From Lytechinus pictus (Eukaryota), in NCBI RefSeq assembly GCF_037042905.1, contig NW_026974140.1:1-64000 (forward strand): a stretch of DNA of 64,000 nucleotides, given 5' to 3'. Positions within the stretch are counted from its first letter, which is position 1; each line of letters starts with the position of its first letter. Both the position numbers and the translations under genes were made by a program. This document shows positions 52,752 through 63,365 of this stretch, in pieces. The notes beneath the pieces were generated by a model. It was not told the DNA's origin and made no database searches. It saw only the letters and a list, made by a program, of their open reading frames with translations.

Positions 52752-52899
52752 GTGTAACCGTTCTTTATGTGTTTTGTGTTCTTCGCCTTCTCCCCTCGCT
52801 CTGTTACTTTGCTTGACTGCCTTTTATATGACCTTGACCGACACTTTATTGGACATAACACAACACTTTCGGATATGTACTGACTTCTTAGCATAAACA

Positions 52900-55800
52900 A
52901 TACACCCCAGTTTCCATTTGCATCATTGGATAATGATGACCTCTTTAGCGAGTTGAGACCTCAGGATACTTTACTTAGCAACCCAATGAATCCTTCATTT
53001 TATGATAATTTTGTTACTAATAATATAAATTTAGCTTCGGAAGAATTAGATCTCGATTTTGAACAGGATCATAATATATTGCAAAATCCTTCTTCTGAGT
53101 ATATTACGCAACATCAGGTAAATAATCTTACAACAAAATGTAATGACGATACATTTTGCATAATGCATGCCAATATAAGAAGTTTAAATAAACATTTTGA
53201 TGAACTTCAGTTACTTTTGAATAACACTTCAAATTAAAAAAATGCCCCTTTTCTTTAATTGGCCTCACTGAGACATGGATATCGTGTGATTCTAAGCATC
53301 CATTTTCACTAAACGGATACGATTTCGTAATTAATAACCGAGAAGACAGACCTGGGGGTGGGGTGGCGTTCTATATTTCACATGACTATGAGTATACGGT
53401 TTGTGATTATCTCAACTCCATGAACCCCACTGTAGAATCTCTATTTATTGAAATTAATATTCCTGGTAGCAAAAATATGATTATTGGTGTAGTTTATAGA
53501 CCCCCTAACTCAAATACGAATGACTTTCTAAATTACCTTTCCGAAACAACAAATAATCCAGCCTCGTTAATAAGGATGTAGTATTTATAGGTGATTTTAA
53601 CATTGATTTATTGAAACACAACAATATATCTCAAGATTTTCTTGAAACTTTTTTTTCGGCCTCTTTCTTGCCACTGATTTCTAAACCTACTCGTGTAGTT
53701 AATGAAACTGCTACACTTATTGACAATATTTTCTGCAACATTCTTCCTCCTCCCGATTCTTCTATAATACTTTCCGACATAACGGACCATTTTCCGATTC
53801 TAACTCATTTTTCATTAAGACGACCAACTAGACCGATGCACTCCCAACAACGGAGACGTAGACCTACGCACGAAAATACAGCCAGATTGGGTGCTTCTTT
53901 GGACAATGTCGACTGGTCAGTTGTATACAATTATGTAGATGTTAATGCGTCCTTTAACCTTTTTATGAATATAATTAATGATAAATTAGACCTGCATATA
54001 CCGTTAAAAAAAGATAAGCGTAATACATACAAAACGATATCTAAGTCACCATGGATACGCCATCTATCTTACGTTCGATTAATAGAAAAAATAACTTATT
54101 TTATAAATTCAAAATGAAAGGTACAGAACAATCAAAAATAAAATACACATCTTATATGAATACACTTACTAAAATATTACGCATTGAAAAGAAAAATTAC
54201 TTTGCGAGACAGTTGGCTCTATATAAAAACGACATGCAAAACACGTGGAAAGTTCTAAAACAGACCATGAATGTATCCAATAATAAATAAATCTCCAAAA
54301 TTAGATTTAATAATGTTATTGTTGATGATGGTGACAACCTTTCAAATATTTTTAATAACCATTTATCTTCCATTGGCGCAAATCTGGCTAAAGGTATTCC
54401 TCCCGCGACGAAAAGTTTTTCGGACTATCACGGCCCGCCTAACCCAAATTCAATATTTTTTGCTCCAACATATAATCAAGAAGTTATTGATATCGTATCT
54501 GGTTTGAAAAATAAAAAAAGCCCTGGCTTTGATGAAATTAATAATTTTATTTTAAAATCCGTAATATATTATATTGTTTCCCCACTGGTGCACATATTCA
54601 ACCTTTCCTTAGAAAATGGTACAGTTCCAAATCAAATGAAGATAGCCAAGGTAATCCCTTTATTTAAAAAAGGTGATAAGTTGGATGTCGGTAATTACCG
54701 ACCTATCTCTCTGTTGTCCACATTTTCTAAGATCCTTGAAAGAATAGTATACGTTAGAACCGAAAACATTTTGTTATGCATAATATTTTATCTGATGTTC
54801 AATTTGGGTTTCGCGAAAAGCACAACACCACTCATGCCCTGATGAATTTTGTCAACAAAGTAGTCAATGCTCTAGATAAATCTAGTCACCTTGTGGGTAT
54901 TTTCCTGGACTACTCCAAGGCATTCGATACCATCAATAATGAAATCCTACTTTAAAAAATGTCTCACTATGGTGTGCGATGGAAGGCCTTGGAGTGGTTC
55001 AGGAGCTTCTTATTCAACAGACAACAATACGTGTTTGTTAAAGATCATAACTCCAATTTGAAATATGTTAACTGTGGAGTCCCCCAGGGTAGCTTATTAG
55101 GCCCACTTTTGTTCTCAATTTATATAGATGATTTATGTAGATCATCCAAAATATTGTCCCTTATCTTTTTTCTCATCAGAATCCACAAGCTTTAGTTGAT
55201 GTTATCAATTCTGAACTTATTAATGTTACTGAATGGATAAGAGCCAATCGATTATATTTGAACCTTAACAAAACAAAATACATGTTATTTAGTAATTCCA
55301 TAGACAAGTTACCGATGAACATTAAGTTTGATAATACCCCATTACAAATGGTACCTTACACCAAATTTCTTGGTATAACAGTTGACAGTAAACTTTCTTG
55401 GAAAAATCATATTGAAAATATATCCAAAATAATTTCACGAAATAAAGGTATTATTAATAGGCTAAAATTGTGCATTCCCTCCACATCACTAATCATGCTC
55501 TACTCATCCTTAATCTTGCCTTATTTAAACTACGGGATTCTTATTTGGGGTGATACCTATCAATACTTATTAGATAAATTGTTGCTTTTGCAAAAGAAAG
55601 CACTTCGTATTATTTATAGTACATGTTTCCGTTCTCATACGGACCCACTTTTTCTAGAAAGTAAACTGTTGAAAGTCAAAGACCTGTATTTACTACAGTT
55701 AGGGCATGTATAGTTATAATAATAATGCACTTTCCCATATTTTTGATGCCATGTTTCCTAAAAATCAATTTTATCATAACTACCCCACGAGACACTCGAA

Positions 55801-55969
55801 CGAACTTCACATTCCACTTTACAGAACTTTACTGGCTAAAAATACATTCCTATTCAACGGTCCTAAATTCTGGAACTCACTAGCTAATAATATTAAAGAC
55901 AGTGTCTCCTTAAATTCATTCAAAAGTAAACTCAAACTTATCCTGCTTAATTCCTATAATTCTTCGTAA
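52900..55969 (+). pseudogene. Disrupted LINE ORF2 (APE endonuclease + reverse transcriptase)
   Basis: Motifs HANIRSL, GLTETW, IGVVYRPP, GDFNIDL, TLIDNIF, TDHFPI (APE) and [52 protein letters not shown] (RT), split over at least nine ORF fragments by frameshifts and stops. Confidence 0.95.
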
Positions 55970-56398
55970 CGGAACTAACACTTTATTATCTAGATTTTAA
56001 TCATTACATTTTTCACTTTTATTGTTTTATCTTTTTTTCATCTGATATTGTCCAGTTATATCATCTTTTGTTTTTTTCACCAGATCAAGCTGGTTCGTGG
56101 TCAGCCCTTTCCCATTCTTAGTTTTCCTCCTTTTATAAAGTAGTTATCTTGTTTTGTACTGTCCTGTCTTTTGTTTTGTCTTGTCTTCTATGTCTTGCCA
56201 TCCCCTCTCTCTTTCTGTTTTTTTTTTTATTCTGTCTTGTGCAACACACCCTTTACTACGGAGACCTCTTTGTGTGAAAAGTTTTGCATTTGTTCAGTAA
56301 TTATATTTGCATCCGTATGATTTCTGTTGTTCTCTTTTTCTTTCCTGTAATACATATATGTACGCATATGAGAATAAGTCTACTATACTTCCTTTCCA

Positions 56399-56444
56399 AG
56401 GGGGATCCACAATTTACAAGCTTTGCTTTTTAGTGGATCCCCCT
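56399..56444 (+). other. LINE 3' UTR stem-loop
   Basis: Perfect 12-bp stem AGGGGGATCCAC / GTGGATCCCCCT enclosing AAGC-TTT-GCTT, ~135 bp upstream of the tail. Confidence 0.8.
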
Positions 56445-56581
56445 CATTTCCATTTATGCTCTATATTATACTGTTTTTTCTGTCTTTTTTTACGAAGTAA
56501 GAATGCCCTTCTGTAAAATTGTACTTGATTTGTATTACTTTATATTACTTTGTATTATGTTTTGAATGGAAATGAAATAAA

Positions 56582-56604
56582 GAATTGAATTGAATTGAAT
56601 TGAA
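56582..56604 (+). repeat. (GAATT)n LINE tail
   Basis: AATAAA then GAATTGAATTGAATTGAATTGAA. Confidence 0.9.
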
Positions 56605-57330
56605 ATGTGGAACATCTATACGGCGCCCCGAGGTAAAATCTTAATTGCCCCCCCCCCCCCCACCTAGGCTGAACATCAATTGGCACCCCCAAGGTTGAAC
56701 ATCAATTGGCACCCCCCTATGTCAAACATAAAACAAATATCGATTCGGCGCCCCAGCCCATAGGTTGAACATCAATTCGGCGCCCCCTCGGTGCCCCTAT
56801 GTCGAACTTCAATGCGGCCCCCTCTTATGTCGAACATCTATACGGCACCCTGAGGTAAAACATCGATTCGCCCCCCCCCCCCCCCTCCACCTAGGTTGAA
56901 CATCAATTTGACATCCTCTAGGTTGAACATCAATTCGGCGCCCCCCTATGTCAAACATCAATTCGGCAACACTATGGAAAATATCGATTCGGCGCCCCAG
57001 CCCCTAGTTTGAACATCAATTCGGCGCCCCCTCGTTGCCCCTATGTCGAACTTCAATGCGGCCCCTCCTATGTGGAACATCTATACGGCGCCCCGAGGTA
57101 AAACCTTAATTCGCCCCCCCCCCCCCCACCTAGGCTGAACATCAATTGGCACCCCCTAGGTCGAACATCAATTCGGCGCCTCCCTAATTCGGACATCAAG
57201 TCGATGCCCCCTATGTCGAACATCAATTCGGCTCCCCTATCTATGTTGGACTTAAATTCGGCGCCCCTATAGGTCGATTATCAATTGGGCGCCCCCCTCC
57301 CTAGGGCAAACATCAATTCGGCGCTCCCCT
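56605..57330 (+). repeat. ~30-bp minisatellite with ~230-bp higher-order period
   Basis: Core GAACATCAATTCGGCGCCCC; block GAACATCTATACGGC..GAGGTAAAA..polyC..CACCTAGG recurs at ~56610, ~56832 and ~57075. It is followed by a CT tract and a hAT-like end GAATACGCGCATG (57492). Confidence 0.88.
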
Positions 57331-57775
57331 TTCCCTCTTGTTTTCCTCCACTCTTTCTTTCCCCCTTTTCTCTTTCTCTGCTTTCCCTATTTTTTTCTTT
57401 CCCTCCCTTTTCTCCCTATTTTTGGCGCCCCTTTTTCGCCTACCCGGGGGGGGGGGGGGGGCGTGCCCCGAGGGCCCTCGAATACGCGCATGGTGGAGCT
57501 ACGGATATAGAGAAATAAGGACAAAGATGTAATGAAAATATAAGAACTCTTGAAATATTTTACATTTTCTAGACAAACAATAATCCAAAGCGTATAAATA
57601 ATGCCGAGCTGAATAGACCTCCATTTGCATCCTGTTTGATATGCTCGCGTTTTAATAAAATTTCCTGCAAGTTCCATTGCAGGCTAAATAAAGGGCAAAA
57701 AAAAGTATACGTTTTTTCTTTGAGAGGGGTGAATGACAATAAATAAAAATACCAGCAAGTGCGATTGGTGCTAAT

Positions 57776-59010
57776 CAGGGGCGGCGGAACGTATTTTCAT
57801 TTGGGGGGCAAAAGAGGGCACTTATATGTATTTTGTTATGCAATTGATATTTTCACCATGAGATAATCATCTGCGTTAAGTAGTTGTGCGTTTTATAGTA
57901 ATTAAGTTGAGCAAAGCCTTTTTGAAGTCTTTTCTGATTGATTAAATATGTAATTAGGCTTTATTTTTTCCGGGTGCGAGCGTAGCAAGCAAGCGGTTTG
58001 GAAACATTTTCAAATCTGAAGTTGTGAAACTTGCTTTTTTAGTCAATTATTACCGCGCAAATTATTATTAAAAAAGCATCCTTGCGAGATGTTGTGAGCG
58101 CGAATCGCGGGCTCAAAATTTTGAACATTGCATGTACTAATAAGACCTGAAAATCAAGCATTCCGAGCAATTGTTTTTGTTATCATGGAAAAGATGTGTA
58201 TCGAACTGAATAATGGACGCGAGTGCGATATTCCAACCTGAAAACTGGACAATCTAAGCACTTTTTGAAACCAATAAATAATAATTGATGCGAGCGCGAA
58301 GCGCGAGCCGAAAATTTGTGATATTTCAACCTGAGAACTGGACATTCTAATTGTTAAAACCAAAAATAAACAATAATTGATGCAAGCGGAAAGCGCGAGC
58401 TGAAAATTTGTGATATTCAAACTTGAAAATTGAACATTGTAAGCAAAAGTTGTAACCAAAACACCTGCACCCCTCCCCCAAAAAAATCCCAGTAGGGAAA
58501 AAATGGAAAGTGCCCTTTTTTCAAAATGATGTGAGTGCGAAGCGCGAGCCAAAAAAATTGTGATTTTCTAACCTAAAATGTATTGTTTGACTTCAAAAAA
58601 GGTATTTTATTTTGAAAAGGGGCACACATCATTTTGGAAGAAGGGCACTTTCCATTTAACAAAAATATATATTTCTATCAAATTTCTATAACGATGGTTT
58701 TCTTTAAAATATATATTTTTTACCATTTCGATCCATGACATGTTTGCATTTATTGTGTTATTGTCCGTTGACATGCCCAGTGCTTAGAAGTCGTGCCAAA
58801 ACGTGAATTTGCATAGAGCACATTCGCTGAACCATCATCGGAACTTCGGAATAACAAAGAAATGTAAGACCCCTTCCCCAAATAATTTCGCCTAGCTGTA
58901 TGTCCTCGAATATATATATATATATCTCTCCATGATAAGTACGTAATTTTATTCGCCAAGCCCAGAGGACCAAGGAGGAGTGGGGTGAAGGGGGGGGGGG
59001 GCACCCAGGA
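57776..59010 (+). mobile_element. Degenerate hAT-like non-autonomous element with GCGAGCGCGAAGCGCGAGC modules
   Basis: Starts CAGGGGCGGCGGAAC; internal degenerate repeats at 58210-58560; right end and TSD not identified. Confidence 0.5.
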
Positions 59011-59469
59011 GACGTAATCATCAATTTCACTGAGAAAACCGTACTAAAGTTTTGGTCACAAAGTTGGACAAAGTCAAACGTGATACTTATTTAGTATATA
59101 CTACCATAACAAGTTGAAAAGAAAAATACAAAAAGAAACTTTCGGGGGGGGGGGGGGTAATCTATGTTACATAAACATCAATTGCTTATAATATACAGGC
59201 TTGACGTACCGGTTTCATAGGCGGATCCAGGAGGCCAGCGGGGCGCCCCACCCTATCGGCGGCGCATAATAGGGGGAATAAAGGGAAACAAGTAATAGAA
59301 TGGAAAGCAGAGGGTGGGGGGAGAAGAAAAAATATAAAGAGGAAGAATGAATAAAATAAGGTGAGGGTAATTCAGACTTGGGGGGGGGGGACCATGTCAC
59401 TATATAAAACAATTTAGCCCGCGCATCGTGTTCGCATTGCCTGTTCGATGTAATATCTATTTATCAATA

Positions 59470-59790
59470 CCTTTTCATTTATTTATTCATTCAGTCATAT
59501 TTAAACAGGTTCACAAGAGCAGAGTTGTAATTACTGTTTTTTTCATCTTGGTCATTGTATAATAAAACATAGTAAAAATAGCAATTACAATAACAAGGTA
59601 TTATTCATATAAAATTAAAGAAATATCAGCTGATCAATGTAAACAAAAACAGGCCTTAGTAAAACAAACAAGGGAACTACCATTTACTAATTCAAATGCT
59701 TGAGCGCCTAGGTAGCCAAGCTAAAGCCGGGGTATTAGCATGGCCCGCTGGGAGAACAGTTTACGGAACTGAAGTGGCTACCCGGTGTAC
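59470..59790. mobile_element. Probable L2/SINE 3'-end fragments
   Basis: Minus-strand TGAATAAATAAATGAA tail near 59475-59490, plus a CAGTT..AACTG hairpin in GGCCCGCTGGGAGAACAGTTTACGGAACTGAAGTGGCTACCCGG resembling L2-type 3' ends. Recognised from memory only. Confidence 0.35.
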
Positions 59791-60354
59791 CATTAGTCTA
59801 CAACTGTAGACCCACATCTGCAGTGTGTGTATCACAGCTGATTCTAGGAGTCTGCATAGCAGACTAGGTCTACTGGAGGCTGCAGATGTGGGTCTACAAC
59901 TTGTTTGAGCAATGTACACGAAACGTGTACACAAGGCGGAGCTTGCTGAAACCCTCCGTTGCCAGTAGATACCATGATTGACAGCAGCTTTGTGGAAGTA
60001 GGGGCAAGAGAGGGATTAGGATCCAGCTGTTCTGACCATTTCTTATCTTGTGGAATATAAACAAATAGGGTATACTTCTCTTTCACTTTTGGGGCTTGCT
60101 ACATACACATAGGATCCATATACATGCATAGATACATATATGAATGTACTTGAGTAGTCAGGAGATGGAATGGTTTGGATGATAGGTCCATGATGATACC
60201 AAAGTCTGTAATAGCTCATAGTTATAATAGCATAGGGCATATTTTGAAATATTTTTGTTACAGCAAGGAACGTGTATGGAACTAATACAGTATATGAATG
60301 TGTAGAAGATGCCCTGATCACCCCCCGGGTCTTTTATAAGTGACATGGAATAAA

Positions 60355-60630
60355 CCTTGTCTTTTTCTTTCTTTCTCTTCCTTTCTTTCCTCTTTTTCTT
60401 TTTTCCTCTTTTCATTCTTCTTGATTTTTTTTCTTTTCCTCTTTTCTTCTCTTTTGTTTTCTTTCTTTTTTCTCTCTTCTTTTTCTCTTTATATCTTCCT
60501 TTCTTTCCTTTCCTTTCTTCCTTTTTCTTTATTTCATTCATTCATTTTTCCTTCCTTTTTCATTTTTATCTCTTTCTCTCTCTCTTTCTTTCTTTCATTC
60601 TTTCCCTTCCTCCTCCTTTCTTATTTTTTT
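60355..60630. repeat. Polypyrimidine low-complexity tract
   Basis: C/T-dominated run. Confidence 0.93.
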
Positions 60631-60766
60631 TAATTTTATTTACATGTTTAGTTAATTTGCTCTCTTATTCTTCTTCCTTTCCTCCAATGTCCTGTTTTTT
60701 TAATGTTATTTATCATCCTACGTGTATCTTTATCATTTCTACAATATAATGGAACTGATTGATTAA

Positions 60767-61349
60767 AGGACAAGTCCACCCCAACAAAACTTGATTTGAA
60801 TAAAAAATTCAACAAGCATAACACTGAAAATTTCATCAAGATCGGATGTAAAATAAGAAAGTTATGAAATTTTAAAGTTTCGCTTCATTTCACAAAACAG
60901 TTATATGCACATCTCGGTCGGTATGCAAATGAGGGAACTGATGACATCACTCACTCACTATTTCTTTTGTATTTTACTATATGAAATGTGAAATATTTTT
61001 ATTTTCTTGTCAGTGTCATGGTGAAATTAAGTTTCATTCCTCCCTAAACACGTTTTAACATTTTGTGCTTCAGGCAAAGAGGTCCTAATCATCAAATTCG
61101 TAAAAATTGAAATATTGTGTAATTCAAACAATAAAAAACAAAATAAATATTGAGTGAGTGACATTATCGACTCTCTCATTTGGATGTAACTGGCTCGTTC
61201 ATATAACTATTTTGTTAAAAATAAGCGAAACTTGGAAATGTCATAACTTTCTTATTTTACATCCGATTTTGATGAAATTTTCTGCATTGTGCTTGTCTGA
61301 TTTTTCTCTATTGATTCAAATCAACATTTTTCTGAGGTAGACTTGACCT
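60767..61349 (-). mobile_element. TTAA-specific Kolobok-like MITE, copy B (583 bp, intact TSDs)
   Basis: TTAA|AGGACAAGTCCACC ... GGTAGACTTGACCT|TTAA; opposite orientation to copy A. Confidence 0.88.
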
Positions 61350-61772
61350 TTAATGAACCAAACCGTTTTCTAAAGTACAAAATAAGAAATTATATGAAAT
61401 TTTAGCGTGCAACATTAACCTTATGTACTACTCACATAATATATGACTTGTTCTCCTTTCTTACCCTCTTTATTTCTTCCCATTCCTTTCCTTCTTACTT
61501 AATTGTTATCTTTTCTTTTTCTTTGTCTCTTTTCTTCTTTTCCGTTCCTTCTTCTTACATCTTAATAAATTAAGTTTTGTTTGCCCTGCCATTAGAATTT
61601 AGTTTCACATTTTCTTTATAATTCTATTCTTTCGACTTCAATGTTTCCTTCTTCATTAAGCCTATTGTGAATGTTTTGATGTTTTGTTTTATGGCTAATA
61701 TCAAATAAAGATAAATTATATTTATATTTCATTTAGAGATGAGATTCAGACATCCCCATTGCACATGAAATA

Positions 61773-61909
61773 CAGGGGCCGCGGAAGCGGGGGGGGGGGT
61801 GCCCCCACTTTCAAAGCCGTGTACATAATCGTAAAAATGATCATATGATTGTGATTTTTTGCATCATCAGCCCCCCCCCCCTACTTGGAAAACCATTCCA
61901 CGGCCCCTG
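61773..61909. mobile_element. Small hAT-like MITE (137 bp)
   Basis: TIRs CAGGGGCCGCGGAA / TTCCACGGCCCCTG; only AAATA is repeated in the flanks. Confidence 0.65.
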
Positions 61910-62007
61910 AAATATACACTGTTCATCATCACACCGGACACCTCGGGCCCACCCTGGATCCGCCTATGAAATGCATTTTTTTTTAGAAGAAGTAGCATAC
62001 AATACAG

Positions 62008-62252
62008 CAGTGGCGTACCTAGGATTTTCCACAGGGGGGGCAAATTTGCCCGCCAAAAAATTTGACAAGCAAAAAAAAAAGAAAGAAAAGGTCCTCAATC
62101 GAAAATAAAGGTTTTCGTACCAGAAAAAATATTGACATGTAAAAAAAAAAGGCCTTCAAGTTTGTCAGGGGGGGGGGGGGCAATAAAGGTCTTTCAAACT
62201 CGTCGGGGGGGGGGGGGGCAGATTGCCCCCCCCCCCCGTAGGTACGCTAGTG
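62008..62252. mobile_element. Small hAT-like MITE (245 bp)
   Basis: TIRs CAGTGGCGTACCTA / TAGGTACGCTAGTG; flanks CAATACAG vs CACTGCAT match 5/8 (decayed TSD). Confidence 0.68.
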
Positions 62253-62617
62253 CACTGCATCCAATATAACTGGTAAGCACATATTTAACAGACAACAAAA
62301 AAAAAAAAACCTACTTTCCACAATTCAAATCCAACAAATTAATATTTTGAAACAAAATAATTATCCTTCAAAGCAATTGGGCATATACATGTAAGTAGTT
62401 TGCACTAATAAGTAAAACATCAATGCATATAGCTCCCGGGCATAACAATATGCAACTTTCACATCTTTGGCATCGACATTGCATGTGTTGACAAAGCTAA
62501 TTGTTTGATATTTAGTTCATTCAGCAGGATTGGCTGATTTAAATCACGTTGATTTTAATCGCGATTTAAATCGCAATTTAAATCACTGTGATCATTTTTT
62601 TCAAATCATTGATTTAA

Positions 62618-63365
62618 AGGTCATATCCACCCCAGAAAAAAAGAGTTTAATTGAATAAACATATTTAAAAAAAAACAAGAATAACGCTGGAAACTACATC
62701 AAAATCGGATGTAAAATAGTTTATGATAACATTTTAAAGTTTCGCTTATTTTTCACAAAACAGATGGGTGTTTTATAAAGCTGTTCGTATTCGACTTTAA
62801 GAACGATTGGTGATCCTTTCTTGTGGTAAATTGTATACACATTGGCGATGGTTTATCGCGTAAGAAGTGTTCACCAGTCGTTCTTTAAGTCGCTCTTAAC
62901 TTGTGAACAGCTTTATGAAACGGCCCCCAGTTATAATGACAATTCAGTGATATGAAAATTAGAGAGTCGATGATGTCACTCACTCACTATTGCTTTTGCA
63001 TTTTTACTGTTTGAATTATACAACATTTCAATTTTTACGAATTTAACAAATAGGACCCTCTTGTTTGAACTACAAAATGTTGAAACAATGTAATCCCACA
63101 TGGTCAGGGAGGAATGATTTTTTTCATCAAAATATTTCATATTTCACATAATAAAATACAAAAAAAAATGAGTGATGTCATCGCCCTAATTTGCATACCG
63201 ACAAGGATTTGCATATAACCACGGTTTTGTGAAATTAAGCAAAATTTTTAAACGTCATTACTTTCTTCTTTTAGATCGGATTTTGATGAAATTTTTAGCG
63301 TTATGCTTGTCTCATTTTCTCTTACTATTCAAAGCAGCTTTTTGTTGGGGTGCATGACTTTTACT
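62618..63365 (+). mobile_element. TTAA-specific Kolobok-like MITE, copy C (decayed, with nested insert)
   Basis: TTAA|AGGTCATATCCACC ... TTGTTGGGGTGCATGACTTTTACT|TTAA; colinear with copy A; inserted into a GATTTAAATC repeat cluster. Confidence 0.78.
62764..62927. mobile_element. PIF/Harbinger-type MITE (164 bp) with 3-bp TSD CAG
   Basis: Arms GGGTGTTTTATAAAGCTGTTC / GAACAGCTTTATGAAACGGCCCC; CAG at 62761-62763 and 62928-62930; the uninterrupted CACAAAACAGTTATA is seen at 60891-60905 in copy B. Confidence 0.82.

Larger units (their letters stand above)
49612..52759 (-). mobile_element. Foldback/Mutator-like element, copy 2 (opposite orientation, interrupted by copy 1, other end not in window)
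   Basis: The reverse complement begins GGTTACACCCCGATAG and is colinear with 44609 to ~47000 of copy 1 apart from indels. 44541-44608 reads as its continuation across the TSD. Confidence 0.82.
52760..56604 (+). mobile_element. CR1/L2-group non-LTR retrotransposon, 5' part missing, inactive
   Basis: APE and RT remnants in order, a ~600-bp 3' UTR, AATAAA and a (GAATT)n tail; no ORF1 seen. The exact clade (L2/Crack/Daphne/CR1) cannot be fixed by eye. Confidence 0.92.
59216..61968. mobile_element. Possible hAT-like element bounded by CATAGGCGGATCCAGG / CCTGGATCCGCCTATG, with nested inserts
   Basis: Perfect 16-bp inverted ends, but the flanks (ACCGGTTT vs AAATGCAT) are not a TSD, so the ends may belong to two different copies. 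Confidence 0.45.

Noticed and set aside
44609..52759. One single 8.15-kb element, or an assembly fold-back artefact
   Set aside because: The outer flanks (CATTTATTT vs GTTCTTTAT) are not a TSD, whereas 44609-49611 has an exact one. The arms differ by many substitutions and independent insertions, which an artefact would not show.
59900..60230. Possible host exon(s) on the minus strand
   Set aside because: An AG..GT-bounded stretch of ~56 nt exists, but there is no recognisable protein similarity or partner exon; it cannot be supported without transcripts.
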